Positions 1-12,400 of a stretch of DNA of 64,000 nucleotides are shown here, piece after piece. This stretch comes from Phoronis australis (Eukaryota > Animalia > Phoronida): positions 248,001-312,000 of the forward strand of contig NMRA01000076.1 in the NCBI GenBank assembly GCA_002633005.1. Direction: 5' to 3'. The number at the start of each line of letters is the position of its first letter. Within the stretch, counting starts at the first letter, position 1. The position numbers were made by a program, and so were the translations under genes. The notes beneath the pieces are model-generated. The model was not told the DNA's origin. It ran no database searches and saw only the letters and a program-made list of their open reading frames with translations.

Positions 1-110
1 ATAAGTTACAGAGCAGGAAAGAGCAGTAACTTTAAACACAAAATTTGAACCAAGTGTTAATAATAATTACTGGGCTGGAAAGAGCAACAATTTTAAACAA
101 TTATACAAAC

Positions 111-414
111 CTCCTGAATGGACCCCATCTTGATCCGTGGCAATAACTCCCATTGTCAGGTTACCATAGTAATTTTCAGGGAAAGTGGCCTTGATCTCAA
201 CTGCATACCACGTGGTTACATAAGACATGGTGAAGGGGACCTTTATGTGTTTCTTAATACTCTCAAACTCCTTCACTTCCCTCGTCTCTAGCTTGAACTG
301 CGTCTCATTCAGACCAGTCTCGTCAATCTGTATTGTGAAGATATTGTTGGCATCCACGTCGTAAACGAGCACTTTACCGAAAGTGACGCTTGTGATCTCA
401 TTATCGACTACGAC
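111..414 (-). CDS. Exon 48, cadherin-like (VYDVD...ATDQDG)
   Basis: tttcag / gtttg; phase 0 to 1; gene continues left of the window. Confidence 0.88.
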
Positions 415-3400
415 CTGAAACAAGGATATATTAGTGGCAATTAGCCAAAATATGCAATAAACTACTGGCAGTTAAAAATTGCCTTAAGTTTGCTCGTCAT
501 CACCTCAGGACGTGTTTCATGATAGTGACTTAAAGTTTAAATCTTAAATTTGGTCTTGTGCTCAAACTTCACAACTATTGAAACAAGAGCAACGCCGAGC
601 GTTGAAATGCGCCCACAATTGCACCGTATACGGTATCCTTCTAGGGTTGTTTATTGGTACCATAAAGTGGCCAGTTGAGGGCATATATGTAGTATGTTGT
701 ACTTTGCAAAATGGAAAGGCATGATCATTGTCTCCTCAATAGGCTAGGGGCAAAATGTGAGTGATCTTCATAATACAAGCACATCCTATACATCAGTTGC
801 TTAAAGCACCACAGAAACATAGAATTAAAAACAAATTTACCAACATACGAGATTAGCACAGCATTAGAATGCCAGAAACAAATTTCTACTTGGAACTTTT
901 CCTTCATAGTCACGAAGTAACACAAAGTATTCACCTGCAAGACCTATGAAAATACAGAGGTCAATGTAAAATTACTGAAATTGCCACTTGAGGCATACCG
1001 GTAGTCAGAATCATCCTAAAGTCGTCATCGTCCATTGTCAACATCACATAAATACACTTGCTAAATTTAGTAAAGATCCTGCAAACGGTTTGAGAGATAC
1101 AGCCATGGGCGCAAAAAAAACTGCCACTAGGAGGCGCCACAGTAGTCAAATTCATGGGAAATTCAGCGTCAACCGTCCTCTTCATAGTAAGAACATACAT
1201 GCCAATTTTCACAATCATACTTAGAGCGGTTTGGTTGACAGAAAGGTGGACGCCAAAAAACAGATTAAAAAACAGTAAAAATGGCCACTGGGTGTCGCAA
1301 AGTAGGTCGAATCCATCCGAAAGCGGGAGGATAGCGTCATCGCACTAATAGGTGCCTACATACCAAATTTCATGAAAATCCGTTAAGGACTTGTGAAGAT
1401 ACAGAGGTAAACGCAAAAAAATAAAATTGCCACTAGGGGGCACACTGGTTGCCGAATCCGTCCAAAAGTTGTCATCCTCTCTTTTTGACATCATATAAAT
1501 ATACTTATTAAATTTCGTAAAGATCCTGCAAACGGTTTAGGAGATACAGCCATAGGCGCAAAAAAACAAAACTGCCACTAGGAGGCGCCACAGTAGTCCA
1601 AATCGTCTGAAAATCATTGTCAGCTGTCTTCTTTATAGTAAGCACATACATGCCAATTTTCACAATCATCCTTTGAGCGGTTTGGTTGATAGAGGGTTGG
1701 ACGCAAAAATACAGACTCAAAAACAGTAGAAATGGCCACTAGGTGGCGCAAACTATGTCGAATCCATCTGAAAACCGGAGGATAGCGTCATCTCACTAAT
1801 AGGTGCCTACACACCAAATTTCATGAAAATCCGTTCAGGACTTTTGAAGATACAAAGGTAAGCGTAAAAAACTAAAATTGCCACTAGGGGGCACACCGTT
1901 AGTCGGATCCATCCGAAAGTTCGCACATGCCGTCCCATTCATGAATGGAACATATGTGCCAAATTTCATGAACGTATGTCAAAGGCTTTTGGAGATAAAG
2001 CAGCGGACGCCGGACGCCGAACGGACGCCGCCCGGACGGACGGACGGACAGACGGAGATGATGGCATAATGCGTCCACATATAAAGTGGGCGCATAAAAA
2101 GGTTTAGTCGACGAGCGCAACAGTCTAGAAATTTTGTACTATTGCCTCCGTCAGTAAATAGCACTTACATGTGTATTCTCAGACACAGATGAGATATAAT
2201 TATTTTTTCAGAAGTAGTTTTTTGGAGCTTAAGCCAGTTTTCTGACTTACATAATAGTCACTTTTCATGAAATCTGCCCCAGAAGAAAAATTCAAATTAT
2301 AAACATCACTGTGTCCATGCGAGACAAGTTTTCTGAAAAACAAGGGAAATCAATTCCTTTAACTGGTTGAACCATTAACATTTTGTGAAACATTTTCTAA
2401 TCCTACACAGAAAGCACATTCAACGTTCATGTCAACTCACATCGTAATTCGAGCCTTTGCCGCCTTCTGTGACATACGTCAGGTGTTCGTCGAAGTCGTA
2501 CGGTGCAAAGTAGAGGATTGGTTCATCGTTGTCATTGACCAGGTGGACGGATATGTTTGTGTAGACCACGTTGGGGGTAATGTCTGCAATCATGTCAAAT
2601 TAAAAAGGTTCAGTCTATAAAACCGCCTTCCGTCACAGATTCTCATTTAGACCATTACTATTATGAAACAGCAAAATGTTCCTTAATTCATCAAATAGGT
2701 GAGATTTCAGGGATTGAAAATAACTGGAAGTTCTTTGGTGCATGAGTCATATTGGCTCAACATATTCTTAAGGAATAACACGATGTCAGTTATTTGCACT
2801 AACAAAAATCACCTCCCATCTGATTAAGGAATAAGTGGGGCCTATAGTTTGCTTAATCAAAATTAAGTTTCTTCCGTGGAACAAGGGTTTGTTGCCACGT
2901 TTAATTGTTTTCTAATCTAGGTAGAGAATTTGAATACTGATTCAAGGTTAAAGTTTTCAAAGTTCCTGTCTCTTACAAATTAACCATGATTCCACTTACA
3001 GGTGGCACACTTCCTAAATGTTTAACTTTCTACAGAGGCTTGCAGAAAATAGTTCATGACGTAAATGTCGTACCATTAAGGAACAGATGAGATCAGGCAA
3101 CCCAAGTAGACCACTAACTTAAAAAAATTAAAGCTACTGTGACATTCTGACCACCTCTATATTGGACTCCAGTACATCTGCCATTCATTTGATAAACATA
3201 CCATTGGGCATGTTGACCTCGTTTAAGGTCACATTAATGATGTCATCAGAGGCAAAGTCCTTGTGGGGCTTGTAACGCACTGTACAGCAGCCTATTACAG
3301 ACGCGGTACCATGAGGCGGCTGGTTGGTGATGTTGACCTGGACACGGTCCCCCTCTGTGTCTTTGTATTCTAACGTGATGCTAGCCTCAAAGTCTTCATA

Positions 3401-6400
3401 TATTTTGAATGGATTCTGCAGGAACAGAGTTATTACAGGTTTGACACGTCATGTTTTACACGTTTGACACGCCACGTTTTACACGTATGACACGCTTCAC
3501 ATGGTGTTCCAATACTCCACGTCCTCAGAGCGTGTCAAACGTGTAAATTTTTCACCCCGGTTATCACAACCCACTATTCACATAGAACATGGAAAAGAAG
3601 ATTGTACCAAGCATAACTGTGTGAAAGCCATGAATATTACAATGTAGCTGTTAACTTGGAGCTACGTAGGACCATAAAATGTCCAAAGGTAGTTCATTTT
3701 GGAACAGCATATCTCATCAATGACTGATTGGATTTGAAAGAAACGGTTACAGAACTATGTTTGATGCAAAATCCAAAACAGTGTTTGGAGTAACTATTGT
3801 TTATAACATGTTCAACTTTTGCATGAGGAGCTAAACACAGAACAGCATGTTATGATTTTTATGAAAAAAGTAGCATAAAACAAAGAAAAAATGATAATTA
3901 AGAAAAGTGTAATAGTTTTTGAGGTGTCACCAGGAATATTTTATTTTATATCAAACGCAGTTCATCCCTATCATTCATGGCGTTGTTTTGTTATGAGTGT
4001 ACGTTTCTTTTTCTAAATTTTACCAAGAAGACGGTCACATGTGCCAATTAATGGCAGAGCCATCTAAAGTCAAAATTAAAAACTTCATGCTTTCTTCTTT
4101 CAGGAGATTTATAGTTTCACTGACAGGTAAGTTTCATATATACTCGTCTGTAAGTATCTTATGACTGCACAGAGTGGTTGACAGGGTCTTACATAATTTT
4201 AATTCTATTAACAAGCTTACAATTCACTATGTACTAAAAGCACAGTGATCTTTTCTCCTTAGAGGATCAGTTGTCAAAAATCAGTTGATATGCCATCTTT
4301 CACACCAACTCTCCGCAATTTGACTTTCTCACTACAATCGGGTAAATTTGTTGGTCCAGTGTTTACTGATAACAAGATGATTTGCATAAACATTAGTCTG
4401 CTCGCATGACGCACATCGGAATGAATCGTGTCTTTGGCCTTCTCTTCCTAGGATATAACAAATCGGATGTCATTTTGACAATAGGTTAATACATACCTGA
4501 GCATTAGTCAAATACGGTTTATCGTTGAATGGTTGTGGCGCCACCTTTGCTATGGTCAGCTGGGTGGGATTGAGCTGAAAGTCAATGGCAACGTTCCTCT
4601 TGCGCCGGGCTCCAGAGAGCGAAGTACTTCCGGGCTTTGTCCATGGGTCACATAGCTGAAAGATGTTCAGACATGAATAAAAGTCGATCATTGAAGTTAA
4701 CCATGCGAGTATAAATTGTTTTCATAGCAGGTACTGATGACTTACAGGAAAGTTATCAAAGTAATCTTGAAATCTGTTTTTGTCAAAGTTAAGTTAAAAA
4801 AATTGTAAATTGGCAATGCTGTGAAATACCTGCTTTAGATAAAAAACTGCATATCGTGCTCAACTATAGCTCACCTTGTCCAACAAAAATTGATCTTCAT
4901 GTTTAGGGGGTGCACATGAACAAGAATAGGATACAAGGTCCAAGGCAAAAGATTGGCCATGTGAATTAGGTGAGGTAGGAAATTACCTTCTTGGCAAAAT
5001 TAGTGAAGTGCAACAAATTATTTCTCAAAATATAAATTATTTGGTTTCAAAAAACAGGTAAATATTTGAAATAAGTCAAGAGCAGTTAAGAGTTGTATGT
5101 CAATAAAATGTTCACTAAAACCTAGAAGTTTTGTTTCATTTTTATTTAAATGAGACGTGACCTATCAATTTGAAAATATATGACTATCATTTTGTATCAT
5201 CTTATAGGAATGTCCAATGCCAGAGTAAAACCAAACAATCAAATTAAGATGGCACTAACTCCCTCTTTTGTCGAAGTAGAAAAATGCATAGTCTGACTGG
5301 TATAATTTTCAAAGGGTAGGTCCGCTTACAATTTTTGAGTCAGACAACAGAAGAACGATTGATGATGCCTCACTCAGATTTTCAACTTTCACAACTGCAG
5401 GCCATGAAAACCGACGCATTACATTGCGGATAAATACCACAGATATTTCGGAAAGTGGCCACCAAATAGACACAAAGTGTCCAATGCGTAACCAATTAAT
5501 GCCAACGTGTTCCAAGTGCATCCGGAAACAGAGTAAGCGCCATCTATAAAGTAACTGCCGAATAAATACACCAAAACAAAAAATAACAGAAAGATCACAT
5601 ACCTTGACAGTGATGGTAGATTCATTCCAATTTATATGCTTTTGATATTCCTTAGTACATGTTTGGCAAGACTCGCACGCCTCCTTAACCTTGCCTCCTC
5701 CATCACCTGGAGTAGATGTGGAAACAGTAAGCAGAAGACACTCTCTGGCAACAATCAACACGAGTTTCTGGTGTCTACAGCTACAACGCACCCCTGGGAT
5801 TTAATTTCACTTCAGTGCGATTGGTTGACGCGTGCCTAGAGAATCTTTCATGCACAAGATTTGCTAAGTCTCTCTAGTCATTCGATGCATTTGTATGATT
5901 TGTACCTGATTTCCTTTTAGCTATCATATGATAGTTCTTTTGTCATACTCGCAGCATAAAGCATGTTGAAGGAAGCTGACCCCCTACCCATGCTTTCAAT
6001 AATGGTTAAGTGCTGTTTTCCATCATTGCTTATAAGCAGTCACCAAGTATTTTGAGATGTCACTAGTTGTTTAAAGAGTCAAGAGCCACCCACAATGCAT
6101 TAAAAAAACCAGCACCATAGATGAAATTCGCTTCTGGGTATATTCTATGGGTAAGACTCAACTACCCAAAATGTTTTGAAGTACCGTAAACTCATGGGTT
6201 AATGCCCACGTCTGGGTTAATTGCCCACACCCGACTATTGCCAAATTTCGATGTAAGCGCCCACTGTTTCGGTAATTGCCCATCCCCCCACTGCGCAAAT
6301 TTCAGCTTCTCGGGTAAACGCCCATCCCCAACTTACCGCTGACAGAACTTGAGCTTGAACTTGTGCTTTTGTCCGCAGCTTTGCCTCGGGCTCCGACTTA

Positions 6401-9400
6401 AGCTTGTGCTCGAATGAACACCCGGCACAATTGCCCAGTTCAGCTAAAATGTGGACACGTAAGCGGCCACTGCTTGGGTAATCGCCCACCCCCGACTTTT
6501 GCAACTTTACGCTTTAAACGCCCACTTTTTGGGTAATCACCCACCCCATTGTCGCAGGGTTTCCCAATTTAAGTGTCCAGGGCGTTAACTCGCGAGTTTA
6601 CGGTATTTTCACAAAACCCTTATAAAATCTTACCTGGGTCATTATAAAGCAGAACTGGAATTTCATCATCTGCCAGTGATGAGTTGTCGAACCCAAACGT
6701 GGCATCCAAAGGCTCAACCTTGGTGCCAGGTGTACCAGACACGAAGATCGATTTCACTACCTCGTACACTCTGAAAAAAAAAGGTTCGATCAGCCCACAC
6801 TATTGCATTAGGTTGTGGGCACTACTGCAGTCCATAAAATCCAGTACGTCCCAGGAAAGCTCACTTGTCAGACCCTCAATCATTCATTTTTTCATAAACA
6901 AAATGTAATTTACTAATAGAAACAACACTTTCATACCCTGCTACACACAGCCACAGCAGCGAACTATACCCTGCTACACACAGCCACAGCAGCGAACTAT
7001 ACCCTGCTACACACAGCCACAGCAGCGAACTATACCCTGCTACACACAGCCACAGCAGCGAACTATACCCTGCTACACCCAGCCACAGCAGTGAACTATA
7101 CCCCTGCTACACCCAGCCACAGCAGCGAACTATACCTTGCTACACCCAGCCACAGCAGTGAACTATACCCCTGCTACACCCAGCCACAGCAGTGAACTAT
7201 ACCCTGCTACACCCAGCCACAGCAGTGAACTAAACCTTGCTACACCCAGCCACAGCAGTGAACTATACCCCTGCTACACACAGCCACAGCAGCGAACTAT
7301 ACCCCTGCTACACCCAGCCACAGCAGTGAACTATACCCCTGCTACACCCAGCCACAGCAGCGAACTATACCTTGCTACACCCAGCCACAGCAGTGAACTA
7401 TACCCCTGCTACACCCAGCCACAGCAGTGAACTATACCCTGCTACACCCAGCCACAGCAGTGAACTATACCCTGCTACACCCAGCCACAGTAGTGAACTA
7501 TATACCCATAAATCCTAGATCTGCGACAATGTGCATAGTAATTATTTTGATTGTGACGTGTTAACAGTTACATGGCTTAACTTTAAGTCTATCAGTAATT
7601 GTAAAGTGGGGGCCTAAGATCAAAGTCTTGTCTTAAGTCTTAAAGTGGAACTTGCAGGCTAATTCCTTATCTCTGTGACTGCTTGGCCAAGAAACACAAC
7701 ATAGAGCAACAATGCAAATACGAAGTAGGTTGAAAATTGTCAAATGTTTTTAAGAACGAGTTTTGTGACGAAAATGATTGAATGTTGTTGGTGGTAACCA
7801 GTTTGGAAATCCCAGAATGCACTGTGAAGAAGGTGTGAATACCGTCTCATCATTCTGCGGGAATGTTTCTCATTATTCTTTCTGTTGCCTTCCATGTCAG
7901 CTATGTAGCTTGGGGCATCACTGGCTGCTGAGCCGTAACTTGACTGCAGGTCAGCTTCAGATAATTCACCATAGATGACGCCACCAGTACCTGGATAGAA
8001 CAACGTACAATGTAGTCAGGAACAAGTGAGGAAATGCCATTCAAGAATCAACCAGATTATAAGTTGTTCAAGATTCAATCTAAGTGTGGACTCTGATAGT
8101 TCAGAGACAATAAATATTACTTTACACTAAGAGCTGTCGAGCTATTTTGCCGAGCCCCAACCTTACAATGAACAACTAACTTTCATAGTTGGAAGTAAGA
8201 TGAACGCCATCTGCCAATAACTCTTAAAGTAGTGATGATGGATGATTTGTATAGAATGAAAAAAGCTTACCAAAGCAGTTTGGTTCAGATCGCACTTTAT
8301 GCGTGAAATAATTCTCTGATCAACTAGCTCAGTTGTTAGTCTTGCAAATGCCGAGTCCAGTGAACCCTTCTACAATTTGGCAGGGCTTAATTGGAATGAC
8401 CAATGACAAAAAACGCGGAAACTTTTACGGCCCAAATCATGTCCACTACCCAGCCTTGAAATGGTCAATGTGAACCTTTCCCGACAAAAATCAGGAGGAC
8501 TTAAACAAAAAAAAAAATGTTACCACCATCAGTAGCATGCTCCTGCGTCCTTTTAGCTCGTTCGTCCACTCCCAACCCACACATTTTTGGCTGCAGAGCC
8601 GTAGTATTTGTCGCCGCGGTTTACACAATAACACGAGACGCCATTGAAAATCCCACCACGCTATCCCAGATGCCCCGGCAATGTTGACAATTTATGTTCC
8701 TCCGAAACATAAAGAGCAACTTCCGCTTTTCGAGGTGAACGTCGTCAGTAAGAAAGGAATTTGCCGGGGAAATTTTATATCAAATCCGATTTTTTTTACG
8801 AGGAAATATAATAAAATGTGCGGACAGAACATTTGAAAAAAGCGGAAATCCGCGTTTCCGCGGAAAATTCCAAGCCCTGATTTGGGGAGGGGTGTAACAG
8901 TGAGAAACCAAGGCCAATCTAGCAGCAGTTTTATCAATAAATAGAAGATATAGCCAAGAAATGAAATGGGTGAACCACGTATTTTGTACATCCAGTTACA
9001 ACCAAGGTAATGCACACGGAAATCAATGAATGTCTTTTTCAAATGTCACAGCCTCGGCTGAAGTCTACTACCACTTGAAGCTTATCAAAACAGACAACAT
9101 TTAAAAATATGTAATCTGAGGAAAACAAAACAATAGCCAACCGCAGTTAATGTACGATTGCTTTGATTTTCTAAAACTGCTTTGATGCCATGATGTGAAA
9201 ACTGCTACAGGTAAGTTTTTCTACCTGGTCATTGCTATTTTCGATCTTCTGGACTCCCATAAGATTTCTGTACATCTCTCTCTCTATATATATATATTAG
9301 GGCCTTCGATCAACCGAGGGGAAAGGTGCCTGAGCCTTCTGAGAGGGGAATTCTTTGGGGAGAGGGGAACATTCTACTCCCACCCCCAATCACCGTCAAT

Positions 9401-12400
9401 AACACTCCCCCCCACCACCACTGTTACAAGCCCTCATAGGCTCTCTACCTCAAATAGCCAAGACTAGCCAAAACTAACTTTTTGTGCTCATTCAAACTGT
9501 CACCTGTGTGAGAAGGGAATGGGGCCAATGATCGGTCCCGAAATCGAGAGATTGAGGGCCCCTTATATGTACATATTATAGAGTAATTTTCAAAGTAAAC
9601 TGGACAGCGTCAAAATTCAACAAATGTCACAAAACAGACACTGATTACGCTAGAACATGTTTCATTTCCGGCAAATCCACACACTTTGTCGATATCGAAG
9701 CAATTTGCCCTGCAAGTCCATTAATTTCAAAAATAAATATTGAGTGACTAGCCCCTATAGCACCATGTTAAGCTTTGAGTAATGTTGGACAAAAATGTCA
9801 TATCATTGCAACTAATATTATATTAAATACGTCTGACAAAACGGTTGTCCAAGTATGGCAGAGTCTGACAGTATTCTGCGGAAGACTAATTTATTTTGAA
9901 AACCACCATTTCCAGTTGCTATTGCACGAGCTTCCTCAGGTAACAAGCGATTAATTATCTACCTTGAACTAATATTGTTCCATTGGCAATGTTGATAGAC
10001 TGAATGGATCTCTTGACTCTTGATGACCCAAGATTGATGCTGGTATCATTAGGTCCTGAAAGCAAGGTAACAATTAATCGTTGCCATTAAGATACAATTA
10101 TATATCCGTAATCTAGACGAATTTAAGGCTGCTATGAATCCTCTCCTCTTCAAGAAATGACTTTTTTTAATTCGTTCACCCTTAACGTTAATAAAAGTCT
10201 CAGTCGTTCCTTTATTAGTTAAAGAAGAAATGACTTTCAGGCATAAAAGGGTGGTTAATTATTATTGCTCGAGAACAGACTCAACATGTAGCCACAGTGT
10301 GTCACTTTAGGCATCAAGCAGGTCTTCGAGTAGTAATGAATTATTCGTTAGTCCCAATAAATGAATTTGATTCTGATCTACAGAAGAAAGGAACAAATTC
10401 AGATGAATTATATCCAAGGTCAAAATCGAAGTAGATGCTCTTTCAGACAGAAAGCGAGATTCACAGACGCTTTAAACCCGGCCAACCATCTTGAAAACAA
10501 GGCAAGTTATGTCACAGTAGAAATAATCTACAAAATAAATTTAAATTCACTTAATTTTAAGAAATGGGTTAATTTTAGGCACATTATTCTGGTATCACTG
10601 AAAAGTGACACTGAGAAAAAAACCTACAGACGAGTACAGCTAGGCCAAAAGAGAAAAAATTATTGTTTCCACTGCCAATTCCACCTACAGATTTTTCTTT
10701 GCCTTATTCTGCCTGAACAAGATGAGTTAGTAATAACTTGTCATGTCAATTCATATTGGCTATAACCTTAACTCAGACAATCATCCGATGTCGCTGCAGC
10801 AGTCCATTAATATAATAATTAATGCAAACCATATTAAACTTTCACAAGGTTTGTTTACGCCTGATAAGATCCTTTCTTATACAATTTTAACTATAGGAAT
10901 AGTGATTTAAGCTTTCAAAATTTCCATTTGAGGTTTCTGGAAACTTCTCCATATTTCCCAGCCATGATGAGCTGCTGCTAATATCAGAACGCTCAACTCC
11001 GCTTGCACTCAACTGTCATGATAGGAAGAATGGGCAATTTTGCCAAGCGTGTGATTACTTTCATACTGAATACTTTTAAAAGAGCTCTCGTTAACTTTAC
11101 ACACTCAGTAGTTTTTGCAGACAAACTCAGGGCATATAGTCGAAAAATGTCGGTTTAGGTTCCAAAAGTCAAATTCAAACTAGAGTTTATAATTAGAAGT
11201 GACGAATAGATGCTTGTGTGACTCCCATCTTGTAGGTGGTGAGTAAGATCAGTACACAACATTGCGGTGTATCCTTGTTCCACAGCCAGGAGATTATTGT
11301 TCAATACCCATATTTGGTGTCCATTTCCTATGACACTGGGGAAAGTTCCAGAAGTCAACCATAAATTTTCCCCAGAGGCAAGCGGTAAGCATATTCTGTG
11401 GAATTATTCCTAATATATATCCAGTGGACATATCTAAAGATATGAACCAGCATTAGTCTCGGACTTTGAGAACCAGTTTGATGCCCGTTATTCAGAGCAG
11501 AAAACGGGTTCTCAAAATACAAGAGCCTGTATTACCAATGGGCCTGTCTGCAGAACATTCTGACCGGACCAACATTCACAATGGTCTGATGCATTGAGAG
11601 AAGTGAGACGCGCAAGAGCTTACTTTTCACACAGATCTCTGTTACGCTCAAATCAGACTTCATGTGGTTCTCCCCTTCCACTTCAAGTTTCACCTTCATG
11701 CAGGCTCCTGGCTCCAGTTTCATCTTATTGTCGCCATACTTATTGCTCGCTACAGAGTCAGCGTCGTCAACGGTCTTCTTCTTCAAATCTGACAGCTTCT
11801 GATTACAAGCAGAACCTGGAAAAAAATATTTTATTACACGGTGTAAGTTTCAAAACAGCAGACAGTTTTTGTCGAATATCAATACAGCATCTCTTACGAT
11901 AAAGTTAAAGAATCCTTATCCTGAAATGTCAAGCAGTCATCGCAGTTATTTCCACTAAAAAAATAACCACGTCTGAAATTCTCACCAAATTCCCAAAATT
12001 TTCTAGTTCCCACCACCCAATGAGTTAAGTATCGTCTTCAAATTCTCAAACAATTCTTTAAGTGAGAACATCATGGAATATTTTGGAATCCAATGAGATT
12101 CTCATTTTTTTTTTCATAAGCTAGTTTCTTTGAAGTTACGGCAAAAACTCAGACGGAGATCAGACAAAAAGCATTTCAATAATTTATTTGAAAAAAAATA
12201 TCCATTGAGACGTTGTGTGATATTGGGCTAAAAGAAAGACCATGGAAACTATGCGCATGTCTTCAGTCAGTCGTAGCAAGCAGCCAAGCAACACAGCTGA
12301 TCACCCGTCCTGAGACTATACGGAAGATGTACAGCAGATTTCCCTCGAAGTTTAATAGATGACCCAGTGGACTACTGGTTTGAGTGCAGGTTCAAACCTC

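Larger units (their letters stand above)
509..2279. mobile_element. Degenerate PIF/Harbinger-type MITE (CAG target duplication), interrupted by the element at 582-2100
   Basis: Left end GACGTGTTTCATGATAGTGACT resembles the reverse complement of the right end GGGCAGATTTCATGAAAAGTGACT; CAG at 506-508 and 2280-2282. Confidence 0.55.

Noticed and set aside
7137-7430. Repetitive ORF (ATPSHSSEL...)
   Set aside because: Translation of the minisatellite; indels between units shift the frame.
6933-7508. Regular arrays here and at 22810, 37198 and 48554 as CRISPR arrays
   Set aside because: Head-to-tail units with no unique spacers, no cas genes, and a spliceosomal intron context.
9298-9566. Possible MITE with TAGGGCCTTCGATC / GATTGAGGGCCCCT ends in TA-rich flanks
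   Set aside because: IR is too imperfect and there is no second copy in the window.
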